Origin: Candidatus Spongiisociaceae bacterium
Lineage (GTDB): Bacteria > Actinomycetota > Acidimicrobiia > Spongiisociales > Spongiisociaceae
Direction of reading: 5' to 3'
DNA length: 64,000 nucleotides
NCBI GenBank assembly: GCA_965202665.1
Contig: OZ241841.1
Span: forward strand, 2,432,001 to 2,496,000
A program made the translations under genes and the position numbers. Under the pieces are notes generated by a model, which did not search any database, was not told the origin of the DNA, and saw nothing but the letters and a program-made list of their open reading frames with translations. Of this stretch, positions 47,861 to 58,788 are shown piece by piece; the stretch's first letter is position 1; each line of letters starts with the position of its first letter.

Positions 47861-48789
47861 TTACCGTTTCAGTTGTTTGTATTCGTTGATTAGCGCGTGG
47901 AGCGTTTTCTCTGTCGAAACAACAATCCAAAACTTCGGCCCATCCTCGCTTTGTTGCTTGGTTACCCTTTTGGCAACGCGAGAAGGGGTTTTGAATATTT
48001 CGTCATCTTGCGACACGTCATTTATCCAGGTTCCGTCTTCATTTTTACCATACCGCAATAGTTTGATATGACCTTGCTCATTAACTATAGCTTCTGCTGA
48101 TGCAGGTCCCGGCGTCTTTCGTGATGACCTAAGCAGGTCCCCGACATGCAACAACTCGGCACTGATGAGATCATGCAACTTTACACGTTTTATTGTATTT
48201 TAGGTTGCTTGGATAAAACATCCTTAGGTTTTTGGACGTCGATCCTTTGTTTTGGTTTTTTATCCAGATCTACGCCCAGGATAGAAAGAAGGGAGAAAAT
48301 GTTTGCGGCATGGTGTCTGTATTTGTCCCATACGTCCATGTATACCTCTGGTCGTCCCGTGGGTCGGGCCGAATTGGCCAGGTTTATGCCAGAGAGGGAT
48401 GACAATTTCTCCCATAGCACATGTTCCATCACGGCCGCCTCTTTTTGCGGTAGGGAAGATTTACTCTCGTCACCGGTGAAGCACACGGCGATATGCCATT
48501 CAGAAATCGCATCCTTGGGGTTTTGGTAATGATTTTTGAGTCGCTGGCCGAGGCCATCTTTGGCTTCAGCGGATTTACCCACATAAATGGTCTGCAACCC
48601 GATATCGTTTGGAACTATATCAACCAGTAGGTAGGTGCCCGGTGTTTCCAAGACACGAGTTTTGGTGAGGTCGGACCCTGTTTGCAGGGCGTGTCGCCAC
48701 ACAACTACCAGGCGGGGCCGCGGTTCCTCGTCGGTACCGATTGAGACGACGCCTCTTTTGACGAAGGCGAAAATAAATTCTTTCGACAA
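47861..48789 (-). pseudogene. GIY-YIG nuclease + RAMA-like domain paralogue, split by a 1-nt frameshift near 48200
   Basis: PGTYLL...IYVGKS...RLKNH in 48190-48789; DLISAELLHVGD...FKTPS...GPKFWIV in 47861-48178; collinear with the intact neighbour. Confidence 0.7.
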
Positions 48790-48997
48790 GGGAGTTCCCT
48801 TCTGTTGCTTGTCCTATACTCTTTCCAGAATATGGAGGCAGTATAGCATAGCCGAGTGGTGGCGTCGTTTATTTGTTTAGATGGACAAATCGGATTCAGC
48901 GCCTCCGCTGATCCCGCTTTACGGACTCTTCGGATTTGAGGGGCGGGTCTTGGTGCAAATTGGCGATGTTCGCATAGACGCGGTTGCGACAAACGGG

Positions 48998-49924
48998 CTA
49001 CCGGCCGGAACGCAAGTTGAGCCGCTGGTAGTCGTCGCCTATATCGGCCAGGGTTTTGCCGGACGATGCGACTACCCAAAAAGTCCAGCCATTGGGATCG
49101 CTCTTGCCGCCTGCATCTCTTATTACTTTACCGCCTGCACCGGATGGCGAATCATAAACAAGCCTCTGTTTGGAGACATCGTTTAACCATCGCCCTTCAT
49201 CATCTTTGGCATATCTAAGTAGCATTATATTTCCTTGTATATCGTTAATTTTTGCTTCAGCTTGTTGCGCCCGATTCTTGCGGGATGACTCCAGAACCTC
49301 CCCTACTTGCAACAGTCCGGCAACGAGCAGATCTGAAACTGTTTCTTCACGTCGCTTGGGACTCTTACTCTTTTGTTCGGGAGGGGGATCGCTGGGCCGT
49401 TTTGGAATTTGGGTTGTCTTATCCAGCAACACTCCTAATGCTCCCAGCAAAGAGACGACCGTTTGCTGGTGCGCTTTCAGATTCTCCCATTTGGTATTGG
49501 GGAGGCTGGGTTCGATGGGAGTTTGTTGGTTGGCGAGGGAAATGCCGGGGCGGGCGGTCAAGTTCTCGTACAGCAAATATTCCAGAGCACGGGATTCCAC
49601 CTGTCCCAACGTGCTGTTTCTATCATCTCCGGTGAAACAAACAGCTATTAGCCATTCTGAAATATTGGCAAGAGGCGTAATACAGTGCTGATGGATTCTT
49701 TGGTTGATGAGAGTTTCCGCCGACCTGCCCACATATAGCGACTGTTTGCCGTCTTTCCCCGGAATCAGATCCGCCAGAACATAGACTCCCGACTTGTCCG
49801 GAAAATCCGGTTTGGGTTCTAAGGCGTGCCGCCACAGCAGGGTGATGTGCGGTTCGGGTTTTTCACCGGTCCTGACCGAGACGATGCCTCTTTTGAGAGG
49901 GGTGAAAATAAATCTTGAGGACAA
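48998..49924 (-). CDS. GIY-YIG nuclease with C-terminal RAMA-like domain
   Basis: SGVYVL...LYVGRS...RIHQH...LEYLL...LAN; C-terminal VSDLLVAGLLQVGE...YDSPSGAG...NGWTFW. Confidence 0.75.
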   Translation of the reverse strand: MSSRFIFTPLKRGIVSVRTGEKPEPHITLLWRHALEPKPDFPDKSGVYVLADLIPGKDGKQSLYVGRSAETLINQRIHQHCITPLANISEWLIAVCFTGDDRNSTLGQVESRALEYLLYENLTARPGISLANQQTPIEPSLPNTKWENLKAHQQTVVSLLGALGVLLDKTTQIPKRPSDPPPEQKSKSPKRREETVSDLLVAGLLQVGEVLESSRKNRAQQAEAKINDIQGNIMLLRYAKDDEGRWLNDVSKQRLVYDSPSGAGGKVIRDAGGKSDPNGWTFWVVASSGKTLADIGDDYQRLNLRSGR

Positions 49925-49987
49925 GGGCGGCTCCCTTCTGCGGCTTTCCAGAATTTAGGAAAGCGTAGCAGGGGGGTGTGACGGGTT

Positions 49988-50824
49988 TCAGGAAACTTTG
50001 CTTCGTTGGCGGACGGCTTCGAATAGTAGAACTCCGGTTGCCATGGCGGCGTTTAGGGAATCCGCCTTTCCCGCCATGGGGATTCTGGCTTGGGGGTGGC
50101 CTTGGTTTAGCCAGGCGGGGGTCAGGCCCAGTTGTTCGGAGCCTATAACTATCGCCGTCGGGCCTGTCAGGTCGGATTCCCAGTGGGGGGCGGGGGCGTT
50201 GGGGCGGGCCAGCAACGGCGCTACTCCTCGGCAGCGCAGCCATTCCCGTGTTTCATCGGCGGGGGCGGTCGCCACCGGGACCGTGAACAGGGAGCCCACC
50301 GAGGAGCGCACTACGTTTGGGTTGAACAGGTCGGTGCGGGGGTCGGCGGCTATCACCGCGTGCGCCCCGGCGGCGTCGGCGGTGCGCAGCATCGTTCCCA
50401 GGTTGCCCGGTTTTTCAATGCCTTCCGCTACCAGAATCAGCATCGGCCCGGTTTGGTCCATCCGGTTCTCCAGGCCGTCCAAGCCGGCGGGGAAATGGGG
50501 GGCTACCGCCAGCAGGCCCTCCGGCCGGTCGCGGTAGGCGGCTTTGCGGAACGGCCCCTCGGCCAGATGAATCAACCGGGCCCCGGCTTCGGTCAGGCGT
50601 TTTATCAGGGCCGGCTCGTTCACTCCCAGAAACAGGTTTTCGCACACGTACAGTTCCGATATTTCCAGCCCCGCCCCGGCGGCTTTGGACAGTTCCCGAA
50701 ATCCCTCGATTATGAAAGCCCGCTCCCCGTCGCGGTGGCGGCGGGAGCGCAGACGCACCAGCCGTTTCACCTTGGGGTTGGCGGGGGAAATGATTACATC
50801 GGACAGGGGCGCGCTCCGGGTCAA
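49988..50824 (-). CDS. TrmH/SpoU-family RNA methyltransferase
   Basis: ISPANPKVK, EKPGNLGTMLRTADAAG, IGSEQLGL, IPMAGKADSLNAA; TTG start overlaps the upstream stop. Confidence 0.9.
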   Translation of the reverse strand: MTRSAPLSDVIISPANPKVKRLVRLRSRRHRDGERAFIIEGFRELSKAAGAGLEISELYVCENLFLGVNEPALIKRLTEAGARLIHLAEGPFRKAAYRDRPEGLLAVAPHFPAGLDGLENRMDQTGPMLILVAEGIEKPGNLGTMLRTADAAGAHAVIAADPRTDLFNPNVVRSSVGSLFTVPVATAPADETREWLRCRGVAPLLARPNAPAPHWESDLTGPTAIVIGSEQLGLTPAWLNQGHPQARIPMAGKADSLNAAMATGVLLFEAVRQRSKVS

Positions 50825-51645
50825 ACGGGGGGCGGGGCTTGATCGAGGAGAACCGACTGGCTTACCCGGCCCACGTCCCCCCGTTGGTCGAACAGGAGCG
50901 AATCGGAGCCCCCCCGGCCGTTGGGGAAAAGGCGGCTGCGGGCGGCCAGGGCGATCCAGTCCCCCTCCGGCTCCCGCCAGAAAGTGACGGTCAGGTCGGG
51001 GTTGATGAAAATGTGCCGGTCGGGCCGGACCATCCAGCTGATGCCCTGGGCGCTGTCGGATATTCCCACCGCCCGTTGCGCCCCGGTCGGTTCCTCGCCC
51101 GCCACCAACGGGCACCGCCAGCGGAACCAGATGACGGCCGGGCCGGGGGAGTCGGTGGCGCCGTCGGCCAGGCGCCGTTCGCAGGACAGTCCGTAGAAGT
51201 GGGGGTAGCCCACTATTCCCTCGAACAGGTCCGATTCGGGAGGGGAGGCGCCGGGGCCGGGGGGAGGCGGGTAGGCGGTGGCGTCCAGGCCGGACAGCGG
51301 GAGATGTTCGGCCAGCGTCCGGATTCCCCAGGCGCGGGCCCAGGCCAGCGGTTGGCCGTGCTGGTCGACGGCTTCGACGGAGGTCATCTGCACCCGCCGC
51401 CCGGGACGGGAAACTTCGGTTTTCACCCGCAACGGGGCCAGGGGAACCGGTCCCGGCAGTTCCACCGACAGGCGGGACAGGGACATCCCCTCCGGCAAGG
51501 TTTTTTCCACGGCCCGGGCGATGAGGGCCGCCACCGGCCCCCCGTGCTGCGCCCGTTCCGACCAGGGGCTGGCCGTGTGCGGGGCGGGGATGAACCAGGC
51601 CCCGTCCCGCCGGTACAGCGGTTCCACCGGGCCGATGTCGCTCAT
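50821..51645 (-). CDS. Acyl-CoA thioesterase-like (double hot-dog) protein
   Basis: SPWSERAQHGGPVAALIARA, RPGRRV, FINPDLTV. Confidence 0.8.
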   Translation of the reverse strand: MSDIGPVEPLYRRDGAWFIPAPHTASPWSERAQHGGPVAALIARAVEKTLPEGMSLSRLSVELPGPVPLAPLRVKTEVSRPGRRVQMTSVEAVDQHGQPLAWARAWGIRTLAEHLPLSGLDATAYPPPPGPGASPPESDLFEGIVGYPHFYGLSCERRLADGATDSPGPAVIWFRWRCPLVAGEEPTGAQRAVGISDSAQGISWMVRPDRHIFINPDLTVTFWREPEGDWIALAARSRLFPNGRGGSDSLLFDQRGDVGRVSQSVLLDQAPPPV

Positions 51646-52229
51646 GGGCTTATGGTAGGCACGGGGGCGGGGGCCGGTTGCGGGCGTTTGGGCCGGTCGG
51701 CGGGGGCGGGGAAGCCCACGGTCACCACCCCGATGGGCCGGAAGTCGGCGGGGAGCCGCAGCAGGCCGCCCAAGCCGGGGACGGCGTGGGCCCCCAGGAA
51801 ACCGGCCGCCAAACCTTCGTCGACCGCCGCCAGCAACAGGTTCTGCAGGGCGGCTCCGATGTCCACCCACCAGAAAGGGACGGGCCATTCCCCCTCCGCC
51901 AAACCGGCCAAAAGCGACTCGGACTTGTCCGGGAGCCGGTAGCGGTTCACATAGGCGGCGGGGGAGACGCAGGGGATGATGTGCGCCGGGGCCCGGCTCA
52001 GCCACGGCTGGTAGCCTTTTTCCACGTAGCCGTCCTCCCCGGCCCGGCGGGCGATTTCCCGGCGCAGGCCGGGGTCGGTTACCACCTCCAGCCGCCGCCC
52101 TCCGGTTCCCCCGGCGGCGGGGGCCCGTTCGCCCGCCTCGGCGATCCGCCGCACCGCCCGGAGGTCCACCGGGGCGTCCCGGTAGCGGCGCACCATCCGC
52201 CGCCGGGACAGAACCTGGTGGAACTCCAT
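51642..52229 (-). CDS. Nitroreductase family protein
   Basis: RRRMVRRY, RAPAAG, VDIGAALQNLLLAAVDEGLAAGF. Confidence 0.88.
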   Translation of the reverse strand: MEFHQVLSRRRMVRRYRDAPVDLRAVRRIAEAGERAPAAGGTGGRRLEVVTDPGLRREIARRAGEDGYVEKGYQPWLSRAPAHIIPCVSPAAYVNRYRLPDKSESLLAGLAEGEWPVPFWWVDIGAALQNLLLAAVDEGLAAGFLGAHAVPGLGGLLRLPADFRPIGVVTVGFPAPADRPKRPQPAPAPVPTISP

Positions 52230-52236
52230 CCGGCGG

Positions 52237-53604
52237 TCAGGCCTCCCGCACCGCGGCCGCCAGTTCCTCCAGACCCGCTTTGGCGTCGGCGAACAGCATC
52301 AAAGTGCTGTCCCGGTAGAAAAGGGGGTTGTCGATGCCGGCGAAGCCGGGGGAGAGGCTCCGTTTTATAACTATGGCGGCGGCCGCCCGGTCCACTTCCA
52401 GGATCGGCATCCCGAAGATGGGGGAGCCGGGGTCGTCGCGGGCGGACGGGTTCACCACGTCGTTGGCCCCCACCACCAAGGCCACGTCGGTGGCGGAAAA
52501 GTCGGGGTTGATTTCATCCAGGTCCAGCAGCGCCTCGTAGGGCACGTCCGCTTCGGCCAGCAACACGTTCATGTGGCCGGGCATGCGCCCCGCCACCGGA
52601 TGGATGGCGTAACGGACCCGCACCCCCCGTTCCCCCAGCCGGTCGGCCAACTCCCGCACCGCGTGCTGGGCTTGGGCCACCGCCAAACCGTATCCGGGCA
52701 CCAGGATCACCGACCGGGCGTAGGCCAAAGTGATGGCCGTGTCCTCGATTCCCGCCCGGCGCACCGGTTGCCCGCCCGCCGCCGCCGGTTGTCCGCCCTC
52801 CGACCCGAAGGCCCCGAACAGCACGTTGCCCAGCGACCGGTTCATGGCCCGCGACATTATGTTGGTCAGCACCAGCCCGGAGGCCCCCACCAGGGCCCCG
52901 GCGATTATCAGGGCCACCGAATCGATGACGAAACCGGCCGCGGCCGCCGCCAGCCCGGACAGGGAATTCAGGAAGGCCACGATCACCGGCATGTCCGCCC
53001 CGCCGATGGGCAGGGTGCGGGAAACCCCCAGCAAGCCGGCCAGCCCGACCGTCGCCCACAGGGCCGCCGCCCCGCCGCCCGCCACCGCCCAGGCCGCCGC
53101 CGCAACCAAGCACGCCCCCAAAACTATCTCCCCGGCCACCTGTCCCCACAGCAGGAGGGGGCGGCCGGTCACCAGGCCCGCCAGTTTGCCGAAAGCGATG
53201 AAACTGCCGGTGAAAGTGGCCACCCCGATCACCACCGAAAACGCAACCGTGACGCCCGTTTCCGCCGACAGGGGGGAGTTTTCCAAGAATTCGGCCGTGG
53301 CCACCAGGGCCGACGCCCCGCCCCCGAAGCCGTTGAAAGCGGCCACCAGCTGCGGCATCCCGGTCATCGCCACCCGGCGGGCCAGAACCGCCCCCGCCCC
53401 GGCCCCGACCGTCAGCCCGGCGCTCAGCGCCCACCAGCTGACCGCCCCCGACTCCGCCAACGTGACGATCACCGCTATCAGCATTCCCAGCGCGGACAGT
53501 TGGTTGCCGGAGCGGGCGGTGTGCGGCCCGCCCAGGCGTTTCAGGCCGACGATGAACAGGCAGGCGGCCAGCAGGTAGAAGACGGCGGCCAGTTGCGGGT
53601 TCAT
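52237..53604 (-). CDS. pntB: NAD(P)+ transhydrogenase beta subunit
   Basis: MPQLVAAFNGFGG, IGGADMPV, VPGYGLAVAQAQH, HPVAGRMPGHMNVLLAEA. Confidence 0.95.
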   Translation of the reverse strand: MNPQLAAVFYLLAACLFIVGLKRLGGPHTARSGNQLSALGMLIAVIVTLAESGAVSWWALSAGLTVGAGAGAVLARRVAMTGMPQLVAAFNGFGGGASALVATAEFLENSPLSAETGVTVAFSVVIGVATFTGSFIAFGKLAGLVTGRPLLLWGQVAGEIVLGACLVAAAAWAVAGGGAAALWATVGLAGLLGVSRTLPIGGADMPVIVAFLNSLSGLAAAAAGFVIDSVALIIAGALVGASGLVLTNIMSRAMNRSLGNVLFGAFGSEGGQPAAAGGQPVRRAGIEDTAITLAYARSVILVPGYGLAVAQAQHAVRELADRLGERGVRVRYAIHPVAGRMPGHMNVLLAEADVPYEALLDLDEINPDFSATDVALVVGANDVVNPSARDDPGSPIFGMPILEVDRAAAAIVIKRSLSPGFAGIDNPLFYRDSTLMLFADAKAGLEELAAAVREA

Positions 53605-53918
53605 CAGCGTTCGTCGGGCGGGGGGTCGTCGGGCGGAGGGTCGTCGGGGCGGCGGCGGAACATTTCCAGCATCCGGTCGGTGACCAAAAATCCGCCCACC
53701 ACGTTTACGGTGGCGAAAGCCACCGCCAGGAACCCCAAAACGGCCGCCGCCGTTCCGCTCCGCCCGGCCACCGCCAGCGCCCCCACCAGGGTGATGCCGG
53801 AAATGGCGTTGGAGCCGGACATCAACGGGGTGTGCAACTGCGGGGGAACTTTGGTGATCACCTCGAACCCGACGAAGGCGGCCAGCGCGAACACGGTGAG
53901 CCCCGCCGCCAAAGTCAT
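53604..53918 (-). CDS. pntA: NAD(P)+ transhydrogenase alpha subunit, membrane part
   Basis: KVPPQLHTPLMSGSNAISG...NVVGGFLVTDRMLEMF. Confidence 0.92.
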   Translation of the reverse strand: MTLAAGLTVFALAAFVGFEVITKVPPQLHTPLMSGSNAISGITLVGALAVAGRSGTAAAVLGFLAVAFATVNVVGGFLVTDRMLEMFRRRPDDPPPDDPPPDER

Positions 53919-55033
53919 TGCCCGCCCCCCAGTTGTTCCAACACCGCCGGATGAACCACTTCCCCGTCTTTGGCCAGGGTGACCCCGGCGACGATCGGGT
54001 CGTCCGGGCCGGGGGCGGGATCCGCGGTCAGGTATTTCACCAGTTCGTAGGCGTTGCGGGCGTAGAGGCGGGAAGAGTCGGTGGCCATGCGGGACTCTAT
54101 GAAAAGGGGGCCGGAAACCGTCACCCCGTTCACCGTCTTCGTCCGCCCCGCCTCGGTTTCTCGGCAGTTGCCGCCCCGGGACGCCGCCCCGTCCACTATC
54201 ACCGACCCGGGGGCCATGCCGCGCACCGCCTCGGCCGCCACCAGCAGGGGGGCGGGGCGCCCGGGAACGGCGGCGGTGGTGATGACCGCGTCCGCCTCCG
54301 ACAGATGGGGGACGAGGGCCTCCCGGAGGCGGTGCGACTCGTCTTCGCTCATCGTCCGGGCGTAGCCCCCGGCAGCGGACCCGTCCGGCGGGGCGGCCGC
54401 CGCCTCTATGAAATCCGCCCCCAAACTTTTCACGTCCTCCGCCGCCTCCTCCCGCACGTCGAAGGCCCGCACCACCGCCCCCAGCCGGCGGGCGGTGGAA
54501 ATGGCGGACAGCCCCGCCACTCCGCATCCCAGCACCACCGCTTTGGCCGGGCGCAGGGTGCCCGCCGGGGTGACCATCATGGCGAACACCCGGGGCAGGA
54601 GGGCGGCCGCCTCCAAAGCCAACTGGTAGCCGGCCAGCGAAGCCTGGGAGGTGAGGGCGTCCATGGACTGGGCGCGGGTGGTGCGGGGCAGGGTTTCAAA
54701 AGCCAGGGCGGTCACGCCGCATTCGGCCAAAACCCGAATGGACGGCGGGTCGTCCAGCGGGGCCAGCAAACCGATCAGCAGGGAACCGGGGCGCAGGCTT
54801 TTCCGCTGTCCGGGATCGGGGGGATGCACCGCTATCACCGCCTCCGCCTCCCGCGCTTCCCCCACTTCGCATCCCGCTTCCCGGTAGGCGTCGTCGTCGA
54901 AACCGGCCGCTTGGCCCGCCCCCGGTTCCACCATCACTTGGTGGCCGTCGGCCAGGTAGCGGCGGACGATGTCGGGGGTGATCCCCACCCGCTTTTCTTC
55001 GGGGAGGGGGCTGCGGAGCGCGCCGACCAGCAC
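53915..55033 (-). CDS. pntA: NAD(P)+ transhydrogenase alpha subunit, NAD-binding part
   Basis: RTTRAQSMDALTSQ, GCGVAGL, GGYA, TTAAVPGRPAP. Confidence 0.93.
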   Translation of the reverse strand: MLVGALRSPLPEEKRVGITPDIVRRYLADGHQVMVEPGAGQAAGFDDDAYREAGCEVGEAREAEAVIAVHPPDPGQRKSLRPGSLLIGLLAPLDDPPSIRVLAECGVTALAFETLPRTTRAQSMDALTSQASLAGYQLALEAAALLPRVFAMMVTPAGTLRPAKAVVLGCGVAGLSAISTARRLGAVVRAFDVREEAAEDVKSLGADFIEAAAAPPDGSAAGGYARTMSEDESHRLREALVPHLSEADAVITTAAVPGRPAPLLVAAEAVRGMAPGSVIVDGAASRGGNCRETEAGRTKTVNGVTVSGPLFIESRMATDSSRLYARNAYELVKYLTADPAPGPDDPIVAGVTLAKDGEVVHPAVLEQLGGGQ

Positions 55034-55036
55034 CGC

Positions 55037-56104
55037 TCAGGCCTCCGCCGCCAGGGAGGCTATCCGGTCCCCGATCTGGCCGGTGGAAGCCCCCATCTCC
55101 GGGCCGCCCATCGCCCCCAGGGTAGGCAGGACGGCCGCCGCCGCCGCCTCCAAAGCGCGGGCCGCCGCCTCTTCGCCCAGGTGGTCCAGGCACAAGGCGG
55201 CCGACAGCACCGCCGCCACCGGGTTGGCCCAGCCCCGCCCGGCGATGTCGGGGGCGGAGCCGTGCACCGGTTCGAACATGGAAGGGAAGACCCCGTCCGG
55301 GTTGAGGTTGCCGGAGGCGGCCAGGCCCATTCCGCCCTGCACCGCGGCGCCGATGTCGGTGACTATGTCGCCGAACAGGTTGTCGGTCACCACCACGTCG
55401 AACCGTTCCGGGCAGGTGATCATGTACAGGCACATGGCGTCCACGTGTTCGTAGTCGGTTTCCACCGACGGGTAACGAAGCGCTACCTCGTCCACCGTTC
55501 TCTGCCACAGGTCCCCGGCGTGGGTGAGGACGTTCGTCTTATGGCACAGGGTGAGGCGCCCGCGCCGGGCCGCCGCCCGCCGGAAGGCGAAATCCACCAC
55601 CCGTTCCACTCCGAACCGGGTGTTGAGCGACTCCTGGGTGGCCACCTCGGCCGGGGTGCCCCGGCGCAGCGAGCCGCCGGTGCCGGCGTAGGGGCCTTCG
55701 GTGTTTTCCCGCACCACCAGCAGGTCGCACCGCTCCGGGGTGAGGCCGGCGATGGGGGAGGGAACCCCGGCCAGCAACCGCACCGGGCGCAGGTTGACGT
55801 ATTGGTCGAATTGGAAGCGCAGGCGCAACAGCAAACCCCGCTCCAGCACCCCCGGCGGCACTTCGGGGACGCCCACCGCCCCCAGCAGGATGGCGTCGAA
55901 GCCGGCCAGTTCCTCTTGCACCGAATCGGGCAGAATCTCCCCGGTGGCCAGGTAGCGCCCGCCTCCCAAATCGTAGGATTCGGTTTCCACCGCGAAGCCG
56001 AAGCGCCCGCCCGCGGCCCGCACCGCTTTCAAAGCCTGGGCGGTCACCTCCGGACCCACCCCGTCCCCGCCGATCACCGCCAAGCGGTGGCGCCGCTCAG
56101 TCAT
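55037..56104 (-). CDS. leuB: 3-isopropylmalate dehydrogenase
   Basis: [37 protein letters not shown]; lies in the leu operon. Confidence 0.92.
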   Translation of the reverse strand: MTERRHRLAVIGGDGVGPEVTAQALKAVRAAGGRFGFAVETESYDLGGGRYLATGEILPDSVQEELAGFDAILLGAVGVPEVPPGVLERGLLLRLRFQFDQYVNLRPVRLLAGVPSPIAGLTPERCDLLVVRENTEGPYAGTGGSLRRGTPAEVATQESLNTRFGVERVVDFAFRRAAARRGRLTLCHKTNVLTHAGDLWQRTVDEVALRYPSVETDYEHVDAMCLYMITCPERFDVVVTDNLFGDIVTDIGAAVQGGMGLAASGNLNPDGVFPSMFEPVHGSAPDIAGRGWANPVAAVLSAALCLDHLGEEAAARALEAAAAAVLPTLGAMGGPEMGASTGQIGDRIASLAAEA

Positions 56105-57620
56105 CCGTTGCGCCGGCGGCGGCCGCGGTGTTGAGGGCCTCCAGAAAGGCGTGGCCGGAACCTTCCACCACATCGGTGGAAACCGCCCGCCCGGAGAAAG
56201 AGTCGCCCCCCACCCGGATGACGACGCTCACTTCGGCCATGGCGTCCGCCCCGGCGGTGACCGGGACCACCCGGTAGTCCAGCAGGCGGGGCTGGAAGTC
56301 GAAAGCCCGGACCAGGGCGGAAAACACGGCGTTCACCATCCCGTTGCCGGTTCCCTCCAAAGTCATCGTCTCCCCGTTGCGTATCACCCGTACCGCGGCC
56401 GACGGGTCGGCGTCGGTGCCCCCGCTCACCCGCAGCCATTCCAGCCGCACCGTCTCCGCCACCTCCCGCACCTCCATGTTGATGATGGCCCGCAGTTCCC
56501 GTTCGTTGATTTCGATCTTGCGGTCGGCCATCTCTTTCACCTTCTGGAAGGCGGCCTCGAACTGGTCCTGTTCCAAAGAGACGTCCATTTTGGACAGGGC
56601 GTCGGCGAACCCGGCCCGGCCGGAATGCTTGCCCAGCACGATCTGGCTTTCCGCCCCCACCGATTTGGGATCCATGATCTCGTAGGTTTCCCGGTCCCGC
56701 AGCACCCCGTGCTGGTGGATGCCCGATTCGTGGGCGAAGGCGTTGCGCCCCACCACCGCCTTGTTGAAGGGCACCATGTAACCGGTAAGCCGGGACACCA
56801 GGCGGCTGGTGGGCACGATCTCCTCGGTGTTGGCCCCCACTTCCACCCCGAAATGGTCTGCCCGGGTTTTGACGGCCATGATCACCTCTTCGGTGGAAGT
56901 GTTGCCCGCCCGTTCCCCGATGCCGTTGATGGCCCCTTCGATCTGGCGGGCCCCGGCGTGGATGGCGGACAGGGAGTTGGCCACCGCCAAACCCAGGTCG
57001 TTGTGGCAGTGGGTGGAGACGATCACATCGTCCCGCCCGCCGGTCACCTCCTCGTACACCCGGCGCAGCAGATGCACGTAGTCCTCGGGGGTGGCGAAGC
57101 CGACCGTGTCCGGGATGTTGATGGTGGTCGCCCCCTGTTCCACCGCCGCCCGGCAGCAGGCGATCATGAAATCCGGGTCGGAGCGGGTGGCGTCCTGGGG
57201 GGAAAATTCCACATCGTCCACGTAGCGGCGGGCCCGGGCCACCGCCTCCACCACCGAACGGAGCACCTCGTCCGGGGTCATCCGCAACATTCGCTCCATG
57301 TGGATGGGGGAGGTGCTTTGGAAGACGTGGATGCGGCGGCGGGCGGCGGGCCGCACCGCCTCGTGGGCTTGGTCGATGTCGTCCGGCGCGCACCGGGCCA
57401 GGGAGGCGATCACCGGGCCCTCCACCAGGCGGGCGATCTGCTGCACGCCGAAAAAGTCGCCTTTGGAGGCGGCGGCGAACCCGGCTTCGATCACGTCCAC
57501 CCGCAGTTTGGCCAGCTGGCGGGCGATGGCCAGCTTCTCGTCGGGGGTGAGGGCGATGCCGGGGGCCTGCTCGCCGTCGCGCAGGGTGGTGTCAAAGATG
57601 ATAAGTTGGTCTTGCGGCAT
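56097..57620 (-). CDS. leuA: 2-isopropylmalate synthase
   Basis: [42 protein letters not shown]. Confidence 0.95.
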   Translation of the reverse strand: MPQDQLIIFDTTLRDGEQAPGIALTPDEKLAIARQLAKLRVDVIEAGFAAASKGDFFGVQQIARLVEGPVIASLARCAPDDIDQAHEAVRPAARRRIHVFQSTSPIHMERMLRMTPDEVLRSVVEAVARARRYVDDVEFSPQDATRSDPDFMIACCRAAVEQGATTINIPDTVGFATPEDYVHLLRRVYEEVTGGRDDVIVSTHCHNDLGLAVANSLSAIHAGARQIEGAINGIGERAGNTSTEEVIMAVKTRADHFGVEVGANTEEIVPTSRLVSRLTGYMVPFNKAVVGRNAFAHESGIHQHGVLRDRETYEIMDPKSVGAESQIVLGKHSGRAGFADALSKMDVSLEQDQFEAAFQKVKEMADRKIEINERELRAIINMEVREVAETVRLEWLRVSGGTDADPSAAVRVIRNGETMTLEGTGNGMVNAVFSALVRAFDFQPRLLDYRVVPVTAGADAMAEVSVVIRVGGDSFSGRAVSTDVVEGSGHAFLEALNTAAAAGATDD

Positions 57621-57754
57621 GGGGTTTCTCCGATTTGCTAGGGAGGTTACGGGCGGTTGGCGGCGCCTCCACGGCCGTCACCGGCCATGGAGGCTGGTAA
57701 GTCCCAGGTTCTCCCGTAGGCGTTCGGCGCGGGCGGTCATAGCGGTCATGCCCG

Positions 57755-58759
57755 TCAAGCGGGGGTTTTGGGGTCCAAAAAGGGCATCAGGTTGCGCAAG
57801 CGGGCCCCCACCTGTTCGATCTCCGAGTTGCGTTCCGCGGTCCGGCGGGCCAGCAGGTTGGCCGCCCCGGAACGGGCCTCCTCCATCCACGCTTTGGCGA
57901 AGGAGCCGTCCTTTATTTCGGCCAGCACCTTTTTCATTTCCCGCCGGGTGTCGGCGGTGATGATCCGCCCCCCGATGCTGTAGTCGCCCCATTCGGCGGT
58001 GTCCGACACCGAATAGCGCATCCAGCTCAAGCCCCCCTCGTAGAGCAGGTCCACGATCAGTTTCAACTCGTGCAAGGTCTCAAAGTAGGCCGACTCCGGC
58101 TGGTAGCCGGCTTCGGTCAACGTCTGGTAGGAGGCTTTGATCAGCTCCGACAGGCCGCCGCACAGGATCACCTGCTCCCCGAACAGGTCGGTTTCGGTTT
58201 CTTCGGCGAAAGTGGTTTCCAGCACCCCGGCCCGGGTGCCGCCGATCCCCCACGCGTAGGACAGGCCCAGGCGGGCGGCGGAGCCGGTGGCGTCCTGATG
58301 GACGGCCAGCAGGCACGGCACCCCGGAGCCCTCCGTGTAGGTGCGGCGAACCAGATGGCCGGGGCCTTTGGGGGCCACCATCAGCACGTCCAAGCCGGGG
58401 GCGGGGGACACCTCCCCGAAGCGGATGTTGAAACCGTGGGCGAACAGCAAGGCGTCGCCTTCCCGCATGCGGTCGGCGATGCGGGAGCGGTAGAGGTCGG
58501 CGGCGTGCTGGTCGGGCACCAGCATCATCACCGCGTCGGCCCAGTCGGCCGCCTCGGCCGGGTCGGCCACCGCCAGGCCCTCCTCCCGGGCCGCCTCCCG
58601 GCTGCGGGAGCCCTCTCGCAAACCCACCGTCACCTCCACCCCCGACTCGCGCAGGTTGAGGGCGTGGGCGTGCCCCTGGCTGCCGTAGCCGATGACCGCC
58701 ACCCGGCGGCCGCTCACAATCGACGGGTCGGCGTCCTGGTCGTAAAAAATGGCGGCCAT
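57755..58759 (-). CDS. ilvC: Ketol-acid reductoisomerase
   Basis: GYGSQGHAHA, APKGPGH, ETETDLFGEQ, SDTAEWG. Confidence 0.96.
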   Translation of the reverse strand: MAAIFYDQDADPSIVSGRRVAVIGYGSQGHAHALNLRESGVEVTVGLREGSRSREAAREEGLAVADPAEAADWADAVMMLVPDQHAADLYRSRIADRMREGDALLFAHGFNIRFGEVSPAPGLDVLMVAPKGPGHLVRRTYTEGSGVPCLLAVHQDATGSAARLGLSYAWGIGGTRAGVLETTFAEETETDLFGEQVILCGGLSELIKASYQTLTEAGYQPESAYFETLHELKLIVDLLYEGGLSWMRYSVSDTAEWGDYSIGGRIITADTRREMKKVLAEIKDGSFAKAWMEEARSGAANLLARRTAERNSEIEQVGARLRNLMPFLDPKTPA

Positions 58760-58788
58760 CGCTTATCCTCCCGTCCCGGTCCCGGCGT

